In this document: piece by piece, positions 1 through 9,537 of the stretch
How positions within the stretch are numbered: position 1 is the first letter of the stretch
Layout: each line of letters opens with the position of its first letter
From: Candidatus Bathyarchaeota archaeon
GTDB lineage: Archaea; Thermoproteota; Bathyarchaeia; Hecatellales; Hecatellaceae
Assembly (NCBI GenBank): GCA_052246995.1
Contig: JBQPWD010000001.1
Location: 268,732-300,731, forward strand
Reading direction: 5' to 3'
Length of the DNA stretch: 32,000 nt
The notes under the pieces: model-generated
Seen by the model: only the letters and a program-made list of their open reading frames with translations
Told to the model about the DNA's origin: nothing
Database searches by the model: none
Translations under genes and position numbers: made by a program

Positions 1-141
1 GAATCCTTTTACTAGGCCAACTGTGAAGCCTGCAGCAAACTTATTTTCTCTCCCAATCATCTGGATACGTGTTTTTATATCGTTAATTCGTGCCTCCAAT
101 AATGCTACTTCACTTGTATATCCTGTCTTTTTTTCTGACAT
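1..141 (-). CDS. mtrF: Tetrahydromethanopterin S-methyltransferase subunit F (MtrF), N-terminal part; the gene runs off the left edge
   Basis: Not in the ORF track because it is truncated. The minus-strand ATG at 141-139 abuts the mtrA stop (TAAATG). The translation MSEKKTGYTSEVALLEARINDIKTRIQMIGRENKFAAGFTVGLVKGF carries the DIKxRxQxIGR(D/E) motif shared by MtrF and the MtrA C-terminus. Its position after mtrA fits the canonical mtrEDCBAFGH order. Confidence 0.7.
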   Translation of the reverse strand, partial: MSEKKTGYTSEVALLEARINDIKTRIQMIGRENKFAAGFTVGLVKGF

Positions 142-903
142 TTAAACCACCAACCCGGTTGTAAGCAAAATTAGGAGGAAGATGAGTGATAATATTAGAC
201 CTAAAACTAATCCTTTACCTCTCTCATTTGAGACGGCTGTTGTAATTCTACGTTCCCTACCTATAAGCTGAACCTTATATTTGATATCATCAACCAGTGA
301 GGATAGTGACGTCATAGCTGGAGATATAAATGGTGCAAGCGGTATTTCAACACGAGCTGCAACTTCTTCAACTTTTTCTTCAGCAATCTTCAAGATGTAC
401 GGAGCCTCTGGATATGCTCCAGGATCTTGTTTAACAAGTTCTTCAACCTTAGCCTTAATCTTACCTACATCCTCAACACCTATCATGTCTATAATGGTAA
501 TTTGCTTCTTAAAACGTTCAACAACTTCTTCTGAAAGATGTTCAACGTATGGTATTGCTCCAGGTGCATCACGTACCTTTTTGCTTGACGGGTCAATGCC
601 TTTTTCCGATAAACACTTTAGGGTTCCTCCAGTAACATGTCCTGTAACCTCCGCTCCACAGATAATCAGAAAACGTATGTTTGGATTTGATAACGTGTTT
701 GCTACAACCTTTTCTATGCCAATGTTTTCAGTTTTACATGGACCTGATATTGCAACACCAGAAAAATTGGCTACATCCCGGTACAAGGTTTCTGAGGCTA
801 ATGTACAAATAGCTATACATCCTTTAGGGTTCCCTACCACGTAGTCTCCTGACAGTATCGGCCAACCTTCGGCTGGTTCACATTTTTTTACTTCTCCACT
901 CAT
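142..903 (-). CDS. mtrA: Tetrahydromethanopterin S-methyltransferase subunit A (corrinoid-binding)
   Basis: 253 aa. The N-terminus (WPILSGDYVVGNP, ICTLAS, ISGPCKTENIGIEKV, NIRFLIICG.E..GH.TG) is typical of MtrA. It has a C-terminal DIKYKVQLIGRE motif followed by one TM helix. Confidence 0.95.
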   Translation of the reverse strand: MSGEVKKCEPAEGWPILSGDYVVGNPKGCIAICTLASETLYRDVANFSGVAISGPCKTENIGIEKVVANTLSNPNIRFLIICGAEVTGHVTGGTLKCLSEKGIDPSSKKVRDAPGAIPYVEHLSEEVVERFKKQITIIDMIGVEDVGKIKAKVEELVKQDPGAYPEAPYILKIAEEKVEEVAARVEIPLAPFISPAMTSLSSLVDDIKYKVQLIGRERRITTAVSNERGKGLVLGLILSLIFLLILLTTGLVV

Positions 904-909
904 ACTGTT

Positions 910-1251
910 TTAACCTCCAAAAATTATTTTGAAGATTTCTGGTTTAGTTAAAGCGAGATATGTTAACATAAACAAAGCAAAAACAACATTTCCAATTACA
1001 AAACCAATGACAACATTTGTTAACCTTCCAGCCATCTTATAGACTTCGCTTCTCCGTGGTCTGGAGGATATTAGCGGTTGGGTTGACGGGTCTAAGGATG
1101 AAAGAAGTTCAAGCGACAAAAGGTCTAACTCCTCAACTTTTCTTGTTAACGGTTCTATGTCGAGTATTGCTATATCCCTTCTTGCTTCACCAATTAGCAT
1201 ATAATTTTCATCTAAAATTATGTTATAATCTTGGGAAATAATAGCGGGCAT
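910..1251 (-). CDS. mtrB: Tetrahydromethanopterin S-methyltransferase subunit B
   Basis: 113 aa with a C-terminal TM helix and an LDPSTQPL.S motif. It sits between mtrC and mtrA as in canonical operons. Confidence 0.85.
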   Translation of the reverse strand: MPAIISQDYNIILDENYMLIGEARRDIAILDIEPLTRKVEELDLLSLELLSSLDPSTQPLISSRPRRSEVYKMAGRLTNVVIGFVIGNVVFALFMLTYLALTKPEIFKIIFGG

Positions 1252-1261
1252 TTTACATCAC

Positions 1262-2062
1262 CTACTTTCTTTTTACTTTTGGGGGTATGCCTGTCCAAAC
1301 GGTTGATGCTGCTTCTCTCATACAAACGTGTAGAAAGTTGTATAAACCGTAAATCCATACAACAACACCCGCAACAATAACTGGTATTGCTTGTAGCGGA
1401 GTTGTAATAGCTAGGGCTATGATGCCAACTAAAGTTATGTTTAGACCGGTAACTACCACACCTATCCTTAAAGTCCTTGCCTGTCTTTCTCCTCCGCCAA
1501 GTCCAGCGTTGAAGGGATGAAAAACAGTAAAGCTTGAACCCCAAAATATCACGATTATAAAGCCTGTGTACAATAGGTTTGGCATTACCTTTTCGTTAAA
1601 AAATTCTGCGGTAAAAGTATAACCTCCAACTGCCGCGCATAATAGACACATAAGTATTAAGCTTGAGCCTAAAGCTAGCTCAAGAATATACTTTGTAAAG
1701 TTTGGTATCTCAAGAATCTTAAACCTACTAATCAAGATACCGTAGACTAATCCCGCTATGCCTGCAATCACAACACCGTAGATAGGTTGAAATTTAAGTC
1801 CAACTAGGGCTGCAAGAATACCCATAGACGTTACAAGGTTTCCTATTGATGGTACACCTGTACCTAAACCATAGCTCGCAATCCTTCTTACAGCATCAGC
1901 TCCCCACAGTGCGGGGGGTATAACTAAGACCGCCGCAATGACAGGGTGAATACTGCTTCCATAAACGCCTATAATACCTGAGATTAAACCTATAATTGCA
2001 AGATGTTTTGGTGGAACCGAAACTCTTTTAAGCGTTTCAGTTGTTGTGTGTGCATGAGACAA
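1262..2062 (-). CDS. mtrC: Tetrahydromethanopterin S-methyltransferase subunit C
   Basis: 266 aa polytopic membrane protein in the operon position between mtrD and mtrB. The start codon is TTG (plus-strand caa at 2060-2062). Confidence 0.9.
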   Translation of the reverse strand: MSHAHTTTETLKRVSVPPKHLAIIGLISGIIGVYGSSIHPVIAAVLVIPPALWGADAVRRIASYGLGTGVPSIGNLVTSMGILAALVGLKFQPIYGVVIAGIAGLVYGILISRFKILEIPNFTKYILELALGSSLILMCLLCAAVGGYTFTAEFFNEKVMPNLLYTGFIIVIFWGSSFTVFHPFNAGLGGGERQARTLRIGVVVTGLNITLVGIIALAITTPLQAIPVIVAGVVVWIYGLYNFLHVCMREAASTVWTGIPPKVKRK

Positions 2063-2065
2063 TAT

Positions 2066-2818
2066 CTACACCCCCACAACTAAAATTGCAAGTAACCCAA
2101 AAACTAGTGAAGCAATAAAGCATACAGGGCCAGCCTTTGGTAAGTACTTTTTAAACTTTGGATCCCACCAACCTTCAATAACTCCTCTTATACCGTAGGC
2201 TGCGATGTTGGCATTTATGAAGTATATGCCTAGAGCAGTAATACATGCTAAAGCCATGAGTGTTGGGTTTAAAGTTAAGTTTTCGGCAACTCCTAAGATC
2301 TCACCTAGACCTGTTAAACCTAAAGAGACTCTGTAGATTACCGTGGCTGTTAAAGCTCCACCAACTCCACCAAGGAAACCACCAATCACTCCGCTTATGA
2401 AGCATGCTGTTGGAACACCGTGGCCAACAGTTCCAGGGGTAATATATTTTTTAACATGTTCCTTAGTTACAGGGTCTCTTTCTGCGGTTGCTAAAGCTGG
2501 AACAATCCCACGACCAAAGATGAGTAGAAGGTTACATATAACAAATGTTACACATAACATTAAAGCTGAACTTATTCCACCGTTTAACACTATCAACCAT
2601 CCGGGTATTCCAGGTTGAATATGTAAGGCTGCTGTCATAAGCAAACCTGTTATACCAGATCCGGCAGCCAACATTTCACATCCAGTTGCAAGACCAGTAG
2701 CAGTAGCCATGGCTGCTGGCGCACCGCCAACAGGAATAAAGAAAACACCTATACAAATTAAAGTTCCACCAATTGCTACCAGTATTAAAATTGTTATTAA
2801 TGTTGCTATGTCAATCAT
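2066..2818 (-). CDS. mtrD: Tetrahydromethanopterin S-methyltransferase subunit D
   Basis: 250 aa Gly/Ala-rich polytopic membrane protein, in the expected operon position and of the expected size for MtrD. Confidence 0.9.
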   Translation of the reverse strand: MIDIATLITILILVAIGGTLICIGVFFIPVGGAPAAMATATGLATGCEMLAAGSGITGLLMTAALHIQPGIPGWLIVLNGGISSALMLCVTFVICNLLLIFGRGIVPALATAERDPVTKEHVKKYITPGTVGHGVPTACFISGVIGGFLGGVGGALTATVIYRVSLGLTGLGEILGVAENLTLNPTLMALACITALGIYFINANIAAYGIRGVIEGWWDPKFKKYLPKAGPVCFIASLVFGLLAILVVGV

Positions 2819-2824
2819 TTTTAC

Positions 2825-3730
2825 TCACTCCTCATATGTCCCAAATTTTCTTCTTGCAAAAACTTCAACCCTCCTGTTTATGAAGAGAAGTACAACTATT
2901 ATAGTCAAACCAACAGCAATGTTTACTGCTGGGAAAAATAGGTTTCCAAGGATCAATCTAAAGTTGTCTAGGAGAAATATTAGCCCGTAGCAAAGGCCTG
3001 CCATAGGCCCACCATATTTTGCACAAAAATATACTATGTCATTGCTTGTTCTATACCCAAGTTCGGACTTAACTGTTATATTTCCATGATGAGCCATAGC
3101 TATACCTTCCCCAAAAGTTGTATGCTGAAACTCACGTTCAGCACCATAATGGGTATCTCCTGTTGATGAACCTACTGAACCTGCAATCAATCCAAGCATA
3201 AAAGATATAATCGGTATGGCAACAGGATATCCGAGATAAATGCCTAAAGCAGAGAAAGCTGTTGAATAAAATATGTAGGCCATTGTTGTATAGAGTGTTG
3301 TACATACAAATCCATAAGCCGCTATGAGTGGAAGTTGCCCTACTAGAACATCCAAGTATAATGGTTGTCCAAATATGTTGTGACTTGTAGTTCTTCCAAC
3401 ATGGGCTGTTGTAGCTAAGCTCATGTGTACTAATGCGGTTAACCCGCATGCAATGGGTAGTGAAACTATAACTGGCCACTTAAAAAACTGTAGAAATATG
3501 GCAAAAAGCGTTCCAGCAATGGCCCCATAAAATCCGTGGGAGGCAGGTTCCCCAGAGATTGCCTTGTTAAAGATTCTGTGAGGATTGCCAACTTGTGGTG
3601 CAAGCTGAACTTGAGAGTTTGGGTTGCTTTGGGAACCAACATCTGATTCTAGGTCTTCAAACCAGCCAACTAATGTTGCTAAAGCAACCATAACACCAAA
3701 TATTCCCAGCAATATAAACAGAAACTCCAA
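2825..3730 (-). CDS. mtrE: Tetrahydromethanopterin S-methyltransferase subunit E
   Basis: 301 aa membrane protein and first gene of the operon. Its N-terminus (FEDLESDVGSQSNPNSQVQLAPQ) is typical of MtrE. The TTG start is preceded by GGGAGG 9 nt upstream. Confidence 0.92.
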   Translation of the reverse strand: MEFLFILLGIFGVMVALATLVGWFEDLESDVGSQSNPNSQVQLAPQVGNPHRIFNKAISGEPASHGFYGAIAGTLFAIFLQFFKWPVIVSLPIACGLTALVHMSLATTAHVGRTTSHNIFGQPLYLDVLVGQLPLIAAYGFVCTTLYTTMAYIFYSTAFSALGIYLGYPVAIPIISFMLGLIAGSVGSSTGDTHYGAEREFQHTTFGEGIAMAHHGNITVKSELGYRTSNDIVYFCAKYGGPMAGLCYGLIFLLDNFRLILGNLFFPAVNIAVGLTIIVVLLFINRRVEVFARRKFGTYEE

Positions 3731-4012
3731 TCTTCCATTCCTCCCAGAACCTCTTCCTTAAAAATTTTGGTTTTGGTATTAGTATGCTTAAAAGGATATT
3801 TAACATTTTTTACCTAGTGATTTAGCTGCATTAACAAAACTGCACAAAATCAAAAAATTCTAGGTTACTTCAAAAATTTTATTACAGCCTCTGGGATTTG
3901 CTAAACCCTAAAATAAAAAACCCGCAAAAAAGGAAATAAATCGTCACCAATTACCCTAACATTTCCCCTTACGGAAAAATTTACTTCTGCAAGCTTACCT
4001 TACTACTTTAAT

Positions 4013-4348
4013 TTACTTGTTTTCGTTTTTAGCAAGTCTGCTATAAGAAGCTAATTCTCTTACCCTTTCCTCCAACCTTTTACGGATGAATTCTTTAGCC
4101 TTAGAAAGGTTGGCTTTAGAACCTTTAAGCACTAATGTCCTAGGCAACAAGTATGCATCATCCGGTAATGGTATGTTAAGCTCTACTTCACTTACTACAA
4201 GGTTGAACTTTTTTGCAGCTTCAATCATAATAGTAAGTGGTGTCCCAGGAGGAACTGGAAGAATAAGCTCTTTATTAACTTCTTCACCTTTTGTTGGTGT
4301 CTTATTTTTTCCTTCTGAAACATTTTTTATCCTTCTTTTTTTATTCAT
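4013..4348 (-). CDS. Hypothetical Lys-rich 111-aa protein, translationally coupled to the mcrD-like gene
   Basis: Its ATG overlaps the stop of the upstream gene (ATGA at 4345-4348). I recognised no family. Both termini are basic and low-complexity around a central ~60-aa core. Confidence 0.5.
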   Translation of the reverse strand: MNKKRRIKNVSEGKNKTPTKGEEVNKELILPVPPGTPLTIMIEAAKKFNLVVSEVELNIPLPDDAYLLPRTLVLKGSKANLSKAKEFIRKRLEERVRELASYSRLAKNENK

Positions 4349-4686
4349 GTCTTTTCAACTTTATTATCTGTAGCAATTCTTCCTTTCAAATAATCAGAAA
4401 CTGTTGGACGGGGCTTTGTAAACCTTCCAACTCTAATATGGTAACCGATAGGAAGAAGCTTTTTTAAAACCTTATCAATCTTGTCAACAATACTAGGGTC
4501 ATCAACTTGGATGATTAAACGTTTAACCGGACCATCTTCCCCATCTTCGTATTGAAGAGCATCAAAAAGCACATTAGTAACTCCCTTAATACTCCACAAT
4601 TTTTTAGCAACTTTTTCAGCGTTTTTTTGACTTATCAACCTTAAGGGAAAAACCTCAACCTCTAAGCATACATCTCCACCAATCAT
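4345..4686 (-). CDS. mcrD: McrD-like protein (minimal, 113 aa)
   Basis: The N-terminal EVEVFPLRLIS...AEKV...IKGV and C-terminal LLPIGYHIRVGRFTKPRPTVSDYLKG segments match the conserved ends of McrD (FP.R.L ... LPF.. ..GRF....PTVTDY.K.G). The central ~40 aa of canonical McrD appear to be missing. Confidence 0.7.
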   Translation of the reverse strand: MIGGDVCLEVEVFPLRLISQKNAEKVAKKLWSIKGVTNVLFDALQYEDGEDGPVKRLIIQVDDPSIVDKIDKVLKKLLPIGYHIRVGRFTKPRPTVSDYLKGRIATDNKVEKT

Positions 4687-4779
4687 GTTAAAACACTCTG
4701 TCTACTGGCTACAATATTTGTTGAGTTTTAAACTTATAAAAATCTTTCACTTATTTAAACCTAAAGTTTAAGGCTAAAC
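4687..4779. promoter_or_regulatory. Divergent intergenic region between the mcrD-like and ABC-ATPase operons; probable bidirectional promoter
   Basis: 93 bp AT-rich spacer with TATA-like CTTATAAAAA about 40 nt upstream of the 4780 start. It also has TTTAAAACTC-type elements facing the minus-strand gene. Confidence 0.35.
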
Positions 4780-6510
4780 GTGACTAGGATGTCGAAGGTT
4801 GTTGAAGTTTCAAAGTTAACAAAAATATTCAAGCTTGATGCAGGGTATTCTATAAAGGCTCTAGATAGTGTAGACATGTATGTGGCAAGGGGAGAAGTGC
4901 TTGGCATTGTCGGTAAAAGTGGCTCAGGAAAAACAACCCTTCTTAGAATAATTCGTGGTGTTGAAACTTTTGATGAGGGGATAGTAAAAGTTGACGATGT
5001 AACTTTAACACCAAACTCAACAAAAGAAGACTTTTACAAAGTCAACCTAAAAACAGCAATACATCTACAAAGGTCTTTCGGTTTATGGCCAGATACGGTT
5101 CTAAAAAACGTGATATATGCTTTATATTATGCAAAGCATGGTATAGAAGATTTACCTCCTGAAGGTTCTTACGAGTTTAAGGAACTTTCTGAACAAGCCT
5201 TAGAAATACTTAGGATGGTTGAACTTGATCATAGAGCCAACTTATGGGCTGAAGTGTTAAGTGGTGGAGAGAAACAAAGGTTAATTTTAGCTAGACAAAT
5301 AGCTAGAAAGCCAGCCGTAGTTCTGCTCGATGAACCTGCAACAATGACCTGCCTAAAAACTAGAGAGGGTGTGCTTAAAGCCATTAAAATGGTTAATGAA
5401 AGTTTAGGCATAGCTTTCATAGTGGCTTCTCATATGCCTGAAGTTCATGAGAAAGTTTCTCAGAGACTTGTTATGCTAAATAACGGGAAGGTGGAAGACG
5501 AGGGTGATGTAGATAAAATTTTGAAGAAGTTTACATCGCTCATTCCCTCTCAAGAAAAAAAGAGGAAAATAATAGGAAAACAGCATGTTATATACTTAAA
5601 AAATGTTACAAAAAAATTTACTCTAATTCCCTATGGAGAAGTATTTACGCTAAAAAAGTTAACATTTAACATACATAAGAGTGAGGTAGTAGGTATCATA
5701 GGACCATCAGGCTCAGGAAAAACTGTTTTATTAAGACTTATGTCTGGTTTAATGGTTCCTGACGAAGGTGGAGTGTTTATAAAAACTGGTAGAAAGTGGG
5801 TTGACATCACAAAGCTTGGTAAGGAAAGTATGAAAGCACGGCAAAAACTGGGAATCTTACATCAGGAGTTTAGCCTTCCATACTGGACTAAAATCTCAGA
5901 CTTTTTAGCCTCCAAACTTGGCTTAAAAAGCTGGGAAAGTTTAAGTAGGATTTTAAAACGCGCAAGCAAGCTTGGTGTTAGCGATAAAACCGTTGACCTT
6001 ATCAGCAGAATAGCTGAACTACCGGAAAATGAGATGAAGGAAAAACTTGAAAGTTTAGGATTAAGCCCAAACGTTATCCAAGAAATTTTTAAAGCTATGC
6101 CAATAAACATCCTTAAAAAAAGAATTAAACGAATTCTTGAAGAGCTTGAACTTCCAAAGGATGTACTTTCAAGAAGAGCATACGAACTTTCAGCTGGTGA
6201 ACAGATACGTGTTGCAATAGCATCTTTGCTTATCTCAAAACCTAAACTCATCCTACTGGATGAACCTTTTGGCGACTTAGACCCAATAACAATGAGAAAA
6301 GTCTCAAATCTCATCAAAAGAGTTAACAAAAAACTTGGAGTCACTGTTGCTCTTGTGGACCACCAGCTAGGACCTGTTGAGGAAACAGTAAATAGAGTAG
6401 CTTTAATTAAAGACGGGGTACTTGTATTCGATGGAGAACCTGAAAATTTAGTAGAAAAGTTTAATTCTCTTTTACAAGACCAAGATTTTGAGCTTTCTAA
6501 ACCAGCTTAA
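4780..6510 (+). CDS. Twin-NBD ABC ATPase without a membrane domain; divergent paralog of MCR component A2
   Basis: 576 aa. It has two Walker A motifs (GKSGSGKTT, GPSGSGKTV), two signatures ([16 protein letters not shown]) and two Walker B motifs (LLDEP twice). It lacks the Cys4 insertion of AtwA and carries a longer helical insert in NBD2. The GTG start at 4780 has an alternative ATG at 4789. Confidence 0.7.
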   Translation: MTRMSKVVEVSKLTKIFKLDAGYSIKALDSVDMYVARGEVLGIVGKSGSGKTTLLRIIRGVETFDEGIVKVDDVTLTPNSTKEDFYKVNLKTAIHLQRSFGLWPDTVLKNVIYALYYAKHGIEDLPPEGSYEFKELSEQALEILRMVELDHRANLWAEVLSGGEKQRLILARQIARKPAVVLLDEPATMTCLKTREGVLKAIKMVNESLGIAFIVASHMPEVHEKVSQRLVMLNNGKVEDEGDVDKILKKFTSLIPSQEKKRKIIGKQHVIYLKNVTKKFTLIPYGEVFTLKKLTFNIHKSEVVGIIGPSGSGKTVLLRLMSGLMVPDEGGVFIKTGRKWVDITKLGKESMKARQKLGILHQEFSLPYWTKISDFLASKLGLKSWESLSRILKRASKLGVSDKTVDLISRIAELPENEMKEKLESLGLSPNVIQEIFKAMPINILKKRIKRILEELELPKDVLSRRAYELSAGEQIRVAIASLLISKPKLILLDEPFGDLDPITMRKVSNLIKRVNKKLGVTVALVDHQLGPVEETVNRVALIKDGVLVFDGEPENLVEKFNSLLQDQDFELSKPA

Positions 6511-6600
6511 CATATTTGTTGGTTTTGGTAAAAGATATAAATGTAGAGTTATTATTTAGGTTCGGAATGGCTTTACAACGGTTGTGCGAGGAATAAAGAG

Positions 6601-8202
6601 TTGTCTTCTTATGTTGTAAAAGTTGAAAACGTTTCGAAGAGTTTTGGGGGTAGAGTTGTTTTAAAAAACATTAACTTCTCGTTAAGAGAGGGTGAGGTCT
6701 TAGGTATTCTAGGTAAGAGTGGTGCTGGAAAATCTGTTTTAATGCATATGTTAAGGGGTATGGAGGGTTATGACCCAACTCAAGGTAAAGTTATTTATAA
6801 CATATCTTTATGTTCAAAATGCCTCTGGGTTGACCTACCCAGCAATGCAAGTTCTCAATGTCCACTTTGTGGGTCTGAGTTGATTTTTAAATCGATTGAC
6901 TTTTGGCACGAATCTGAAGAGTTAAGGGAAGCAATTAAGAAAAGAATAGGAATAATGTTTCAAAGAACATTTGCATTATATGGCTACCTTTCTCCAATTG
7001 AAAACATCATGGAGGCCTTGAGAAGAGCGAGATATCCTGAAAAGGATGTTTTAAAAAAAGCTTTAGAGTACGCTGAGAAAGTTAAATTGCTACATAGGTT
7101 AAGGCATCCTGCTGAAATTCTTAGTGGCGGAGAAAAACAAAGGGTTATTTTGGCAAGACAGCTTGCAATAAACCCTATAGTTTTACTGGCTGACGAACCT
7201 ACTGGAACATTAGACCCTGCAACAACAAAAATTATTTGTGAACTGCTAGTTTCTGAGGTAAAAAAGAAAAACAAGACCATGATTGTAGCTTCTCACCTCC
7301 CAGAAGTAGTTAAAATGCTTAGTGATAGAGTTGTCTGGCTTGACAAGGGAAAGGTTATGGCAAACGGCCCAACCGAGCATGTTATGGCAGAGTTTTTAGG
7401 CACAATTCCCCAACCAGCATTTGAAACCAGGACTTTTGATGAGAAAATCCTTAGGGTAATTTCCGTCAAAAAATACTATTATTCAGTGGATAGGGGGCTG
7501 GTTAAAGCCCTTGATGGTGTATCCTTTGATGTAAAAAGGCAGGAAATTTTTGGCATTATAGGTCCAAGCGGAGCGGGTAAAACAACCTTAACAAGGATTT
7601 TAACAGGATACTTAGAACCATCAGAAGGTGATGTAAAAGTTAAGGTTGGAGATAAGTACGTTTCCGTCAAAAAGCTTTACACCGTTGGAGTGGTAAGGTC
7701 AGACTACATAGGCCTTCTCCACCAAGAGTATTCACTATATCCCTATAGAACCGTGTATGAAAACCTAACAGATGCTATAGGATTAGAACTCCCAGCAGAA
7801 CTTGGACTTATGAAAGCTACCTACGTGTTAAAAGGTTTAGGGTTTGATGATGATGAAGTTAAGGAAGTGCTAAAAAAGTATCCTGATGAGCTAAGTGAAG
7901 GAGAACGTCATAGGGTTATGTTGTCTCAAGTGTTAATCAGGGAACCTAGAATAATTATACTTGATGAACCATCTGGAACAATGGATCCTCTTACAAAGAT
8001 TGAGGTTGCACGTTCAATTAGAAATGCAAGAAATGAGCTAGAGGAAACATTTATAATAGTGTCTCATGACATGGATTTTGCCAGTTTGGTTTGTGATAGT
8101 GGCATATTTATTCAAGATGGAAAAATAGTGAAAACTTGTGAAAAAAGCTTTAAAGACTTTATTCACCAGTTGCAGGAATATTCTTTGGATGCTATCTCAT
8201 GA
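6601..8202 (+). CDS. atwA: Methyl-coenzyme M reductase system component A2 (twin ABC ATPase)
   Basis: 533 aa. The N-terminus ([50 protein letters not shown]) and the A2-typical CSKC...CPLCG insertion in NBD1 are present. It has two complete ABC motif sets. The start is TTG with an upstream GAGG. Confidence 0.85.
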   Translation: MSSYVVKVENVSKSFGGRVVLKNINFSLREGEVLGILGKSGAGKSVLMHMLRGMEGYDPTQGKVIYNISLCSKCLWVDLPSNASSQCPLCGSELIFKSIDFWHESEELREAIKKRIGIMFQRTFALYGYLSPIENIMEALRRARYPEKDVLKKALEYAEKVKLLHRLRHPAEILSGGEKQRVILARQLAINPIVLLADEPTGTLDPATTKIICELLVSEVKKKNKTMIVASHLPEVVKMLSDRVVWLDKGKVMANGPTEHVMAEFLGTIPQPAFETRTFDEKILRVISVKKYYYSVDRGLVKALDGVSFDVKRQEIFGIIGPSGAGKTTLTRILTGYLEPSEGDVKVKVGDKYVSVKKLYTVGVVRSDYIGLLHQEYSLYPYRTVYENLTDAIGLELPAELGLMKATYVLKGLGFDDDEVKEVLKKYPDELSEGERHRVMLSQVLIREPRIIILDEPSGTMDPLTKIEVARSIRNARNELEETFIIVSHDMDFASLVCDSGIFIQDGKIVKTCEKSFKDFIHQLQEYSLDAIS

Positions 8203-9401
8203 GAAAACTTAGGTTAAAACCAACACCTAAAAGATACACATATGATGCCTTCAGAACAATACCGCCAAAAGAAACCTTAGCTATTGTACGTCCCAAATCT
8301 CGATTAGCAGGCATAGTAAATGTTGAAGAGATAACAAATAAAGATAGATTAAACTTACCAATTTTTATGTGTAGGCATCAAGGTGGAAAATGTTACACTG
8401 GCAAAGGTTTCACGAAATATCAAGCTGAAGCCTCAGCTTTAATGGAAGCTATTGAAAGGACTTCAGCCGAACCGAGAAACATTAAAAAGCTTATTTTTAA
8501 AAGCTTTGACGAAATGGATAATGCGTTGGACCCGTCTAAGCTTATCCTACCAGTAAAATCCTCCTACGCTCAAAAGGTAAAGCTTAGATGGGTTGAGGGT
8601 TTAAACCTGTCCTCAAACACGCCAATTTACGTTCCAGCATGCTCAGTTTATTTCACGTACAATCCGGGAGACGAAACGCTAATACTTAAACCTAATACTA
8701 ACGGTCTTGCATCAGGAAACACGTATGAAGAAGCTATCCTCCACGGGTTAATGGAGGTTATTGAAAGAGATGCATGGAGCATTGTTGAGTTTAAAAAAAC
8801 AAGGGCGCCCACCATCAATGTGGAAAGTGTTAAAAATAAGGTTGTGGAAGAAATTTTAAGATGTTTCAAAAGAGCAAACGTGAAAGTAGTTTTAAAGGAT
8901 ATAACGTCTGACATAGGCGTTCCAACAGTTGCTGCTGTATCAGAAGACCCTTTATTAAAAGACCCTGGTCTGCTGATTATAGGTTTTGGCACCCATTTAA
9001 ATCCTGAGTATGCAATTGTGAGAGCTTTACTTGAAGTTGCCCAAAACAGAATAATTCATATTTGTGGTTTAAGGAGGGATGCTGTTATACGCGCCGACTT
9101 TATAAAGTATGCAGACTATGAGCGGATTAAACGTATTAACAGACATTGGTTTGATGAGACAGAAAAAGTTGTGGATGTTAATGATATGCCGCTACTAGAC
9201 ACTGCAGACATTTTAGAAGACATACATGTCACATTAAAACTTTTAAGTGCAAAAAATCTTGAAGATGTAATTGTTGTAGATTTAACAGATAAAAGAATTC
9301 GTATACCTGTTGTAAGAGTTATTGTTCCTGGACTAGAAAATTATGTAATAGAACCTGAAAGAGTGGGGGAAAGAGTAGTTAAAGGTGGTTTAAAGGGTTA
9401 A
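8199..9401 (+). CDS. ycaO: YcaO-family ATP-dependent amide-activating enzyme (methanogenesis marker 1 type, candidate McrA thioglycine synthase)
   Basis: 400 aa with the YcaO core motifs EASALMEAIER, NGLASGNTYEEAILHGLMEVIERDAW and ALLEVAQ. Its ATG overlaps the atwA stop (ATGA at 8199-8202). Confidence 0.9.
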   Translation: MRKLRLKPTPKRYTYDAFRTIPPKETLAIVRPKSRLAGIVNVEEITNKDRLNLPIFMCRHQGGKCYTGKGFTKYQAEASALMEAIERTSAEPRNIKKLIFKSFDEMDNALDPSKLILPVKSSYAQKVKLRWVEGLNLSSNTPIYVPACSVYFTYNPGDETLILKPNTNGLASGNTYEEAILHGLMEVIERDAWSIVEFKKTRAPTINVESVKNKVVEEILRCFKRANVKVVLKDITSDIGVPTVAAVSEDPLLKDPGLLIIGFGTHLNPEYAIVRALLEVAQNRIIHICGLRRDAVIRADFIKYADYERIKRINRHWFDETEKVVDVNDMPLLDTADILEDIHVTLKLLSAKNLEDVIVVDLTDKRIRIPVVRVIVPGLENYVIEPERVGERVVKGGLKG

Positions 9402-9537
9402 AGTTTTTAACGGTTTTAAAAGTTTCGAAAAAATATTTCAAAGAATAGAAACCATTAAAAGTTTAGCTTTAGAAGTAGAGCAATCAAAACTTGAAGGTTA
9501 CATTAAAAAAAGATTTAAAAAGTTTAGTACTGTAGCC

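Noticed and set aside
281-844. 187-aa plus-strand ORF antisense to mtrA
   Set aside because: It lies entirely inside the strongly supported mtrA gene. Its Ser/Thr-rich low-complexity translation is typical of an antisense shadow ORF, and it has no SD.
1218-1544. 108-aa minus-strand ORF overlapping mtrC/mtrB in another frame (also 1017..1241 on the plus strand)
   Set aside because: Its Cys/Ser/Arg-rich composition is implausible, and it sits out of frame within conserved mtr genes.
3138-3479. 113-aa ORF in an alternative frame inside mtrE (also 2343..2618 and 2709..2990 antisense to mtrD/mtrE)
   Set aside because: These are shadow ORFs within well-supported membrane-subunit genes.
5862-6344. 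160-aa antisense ORF in the A2 paralog (also 5229..5420, 6984..7280, 7479..7670 and 8648..8992 antisense to the ABC/ycaO genes)
   Set aside because: Their Ser/Leu-rich translations mirror Lys/Glu-rich sense genes, and none has independent support.
9381-9401. Programmed +1 frameshift fusing YcaO to the downstream Cys-rich ORF
   Set aside because: YcaO already ends at a typical length and C-terminus, and no slippery heptamer or stimulatory structure is evident. I kept it only as one alternative in the start-less ORF finding.
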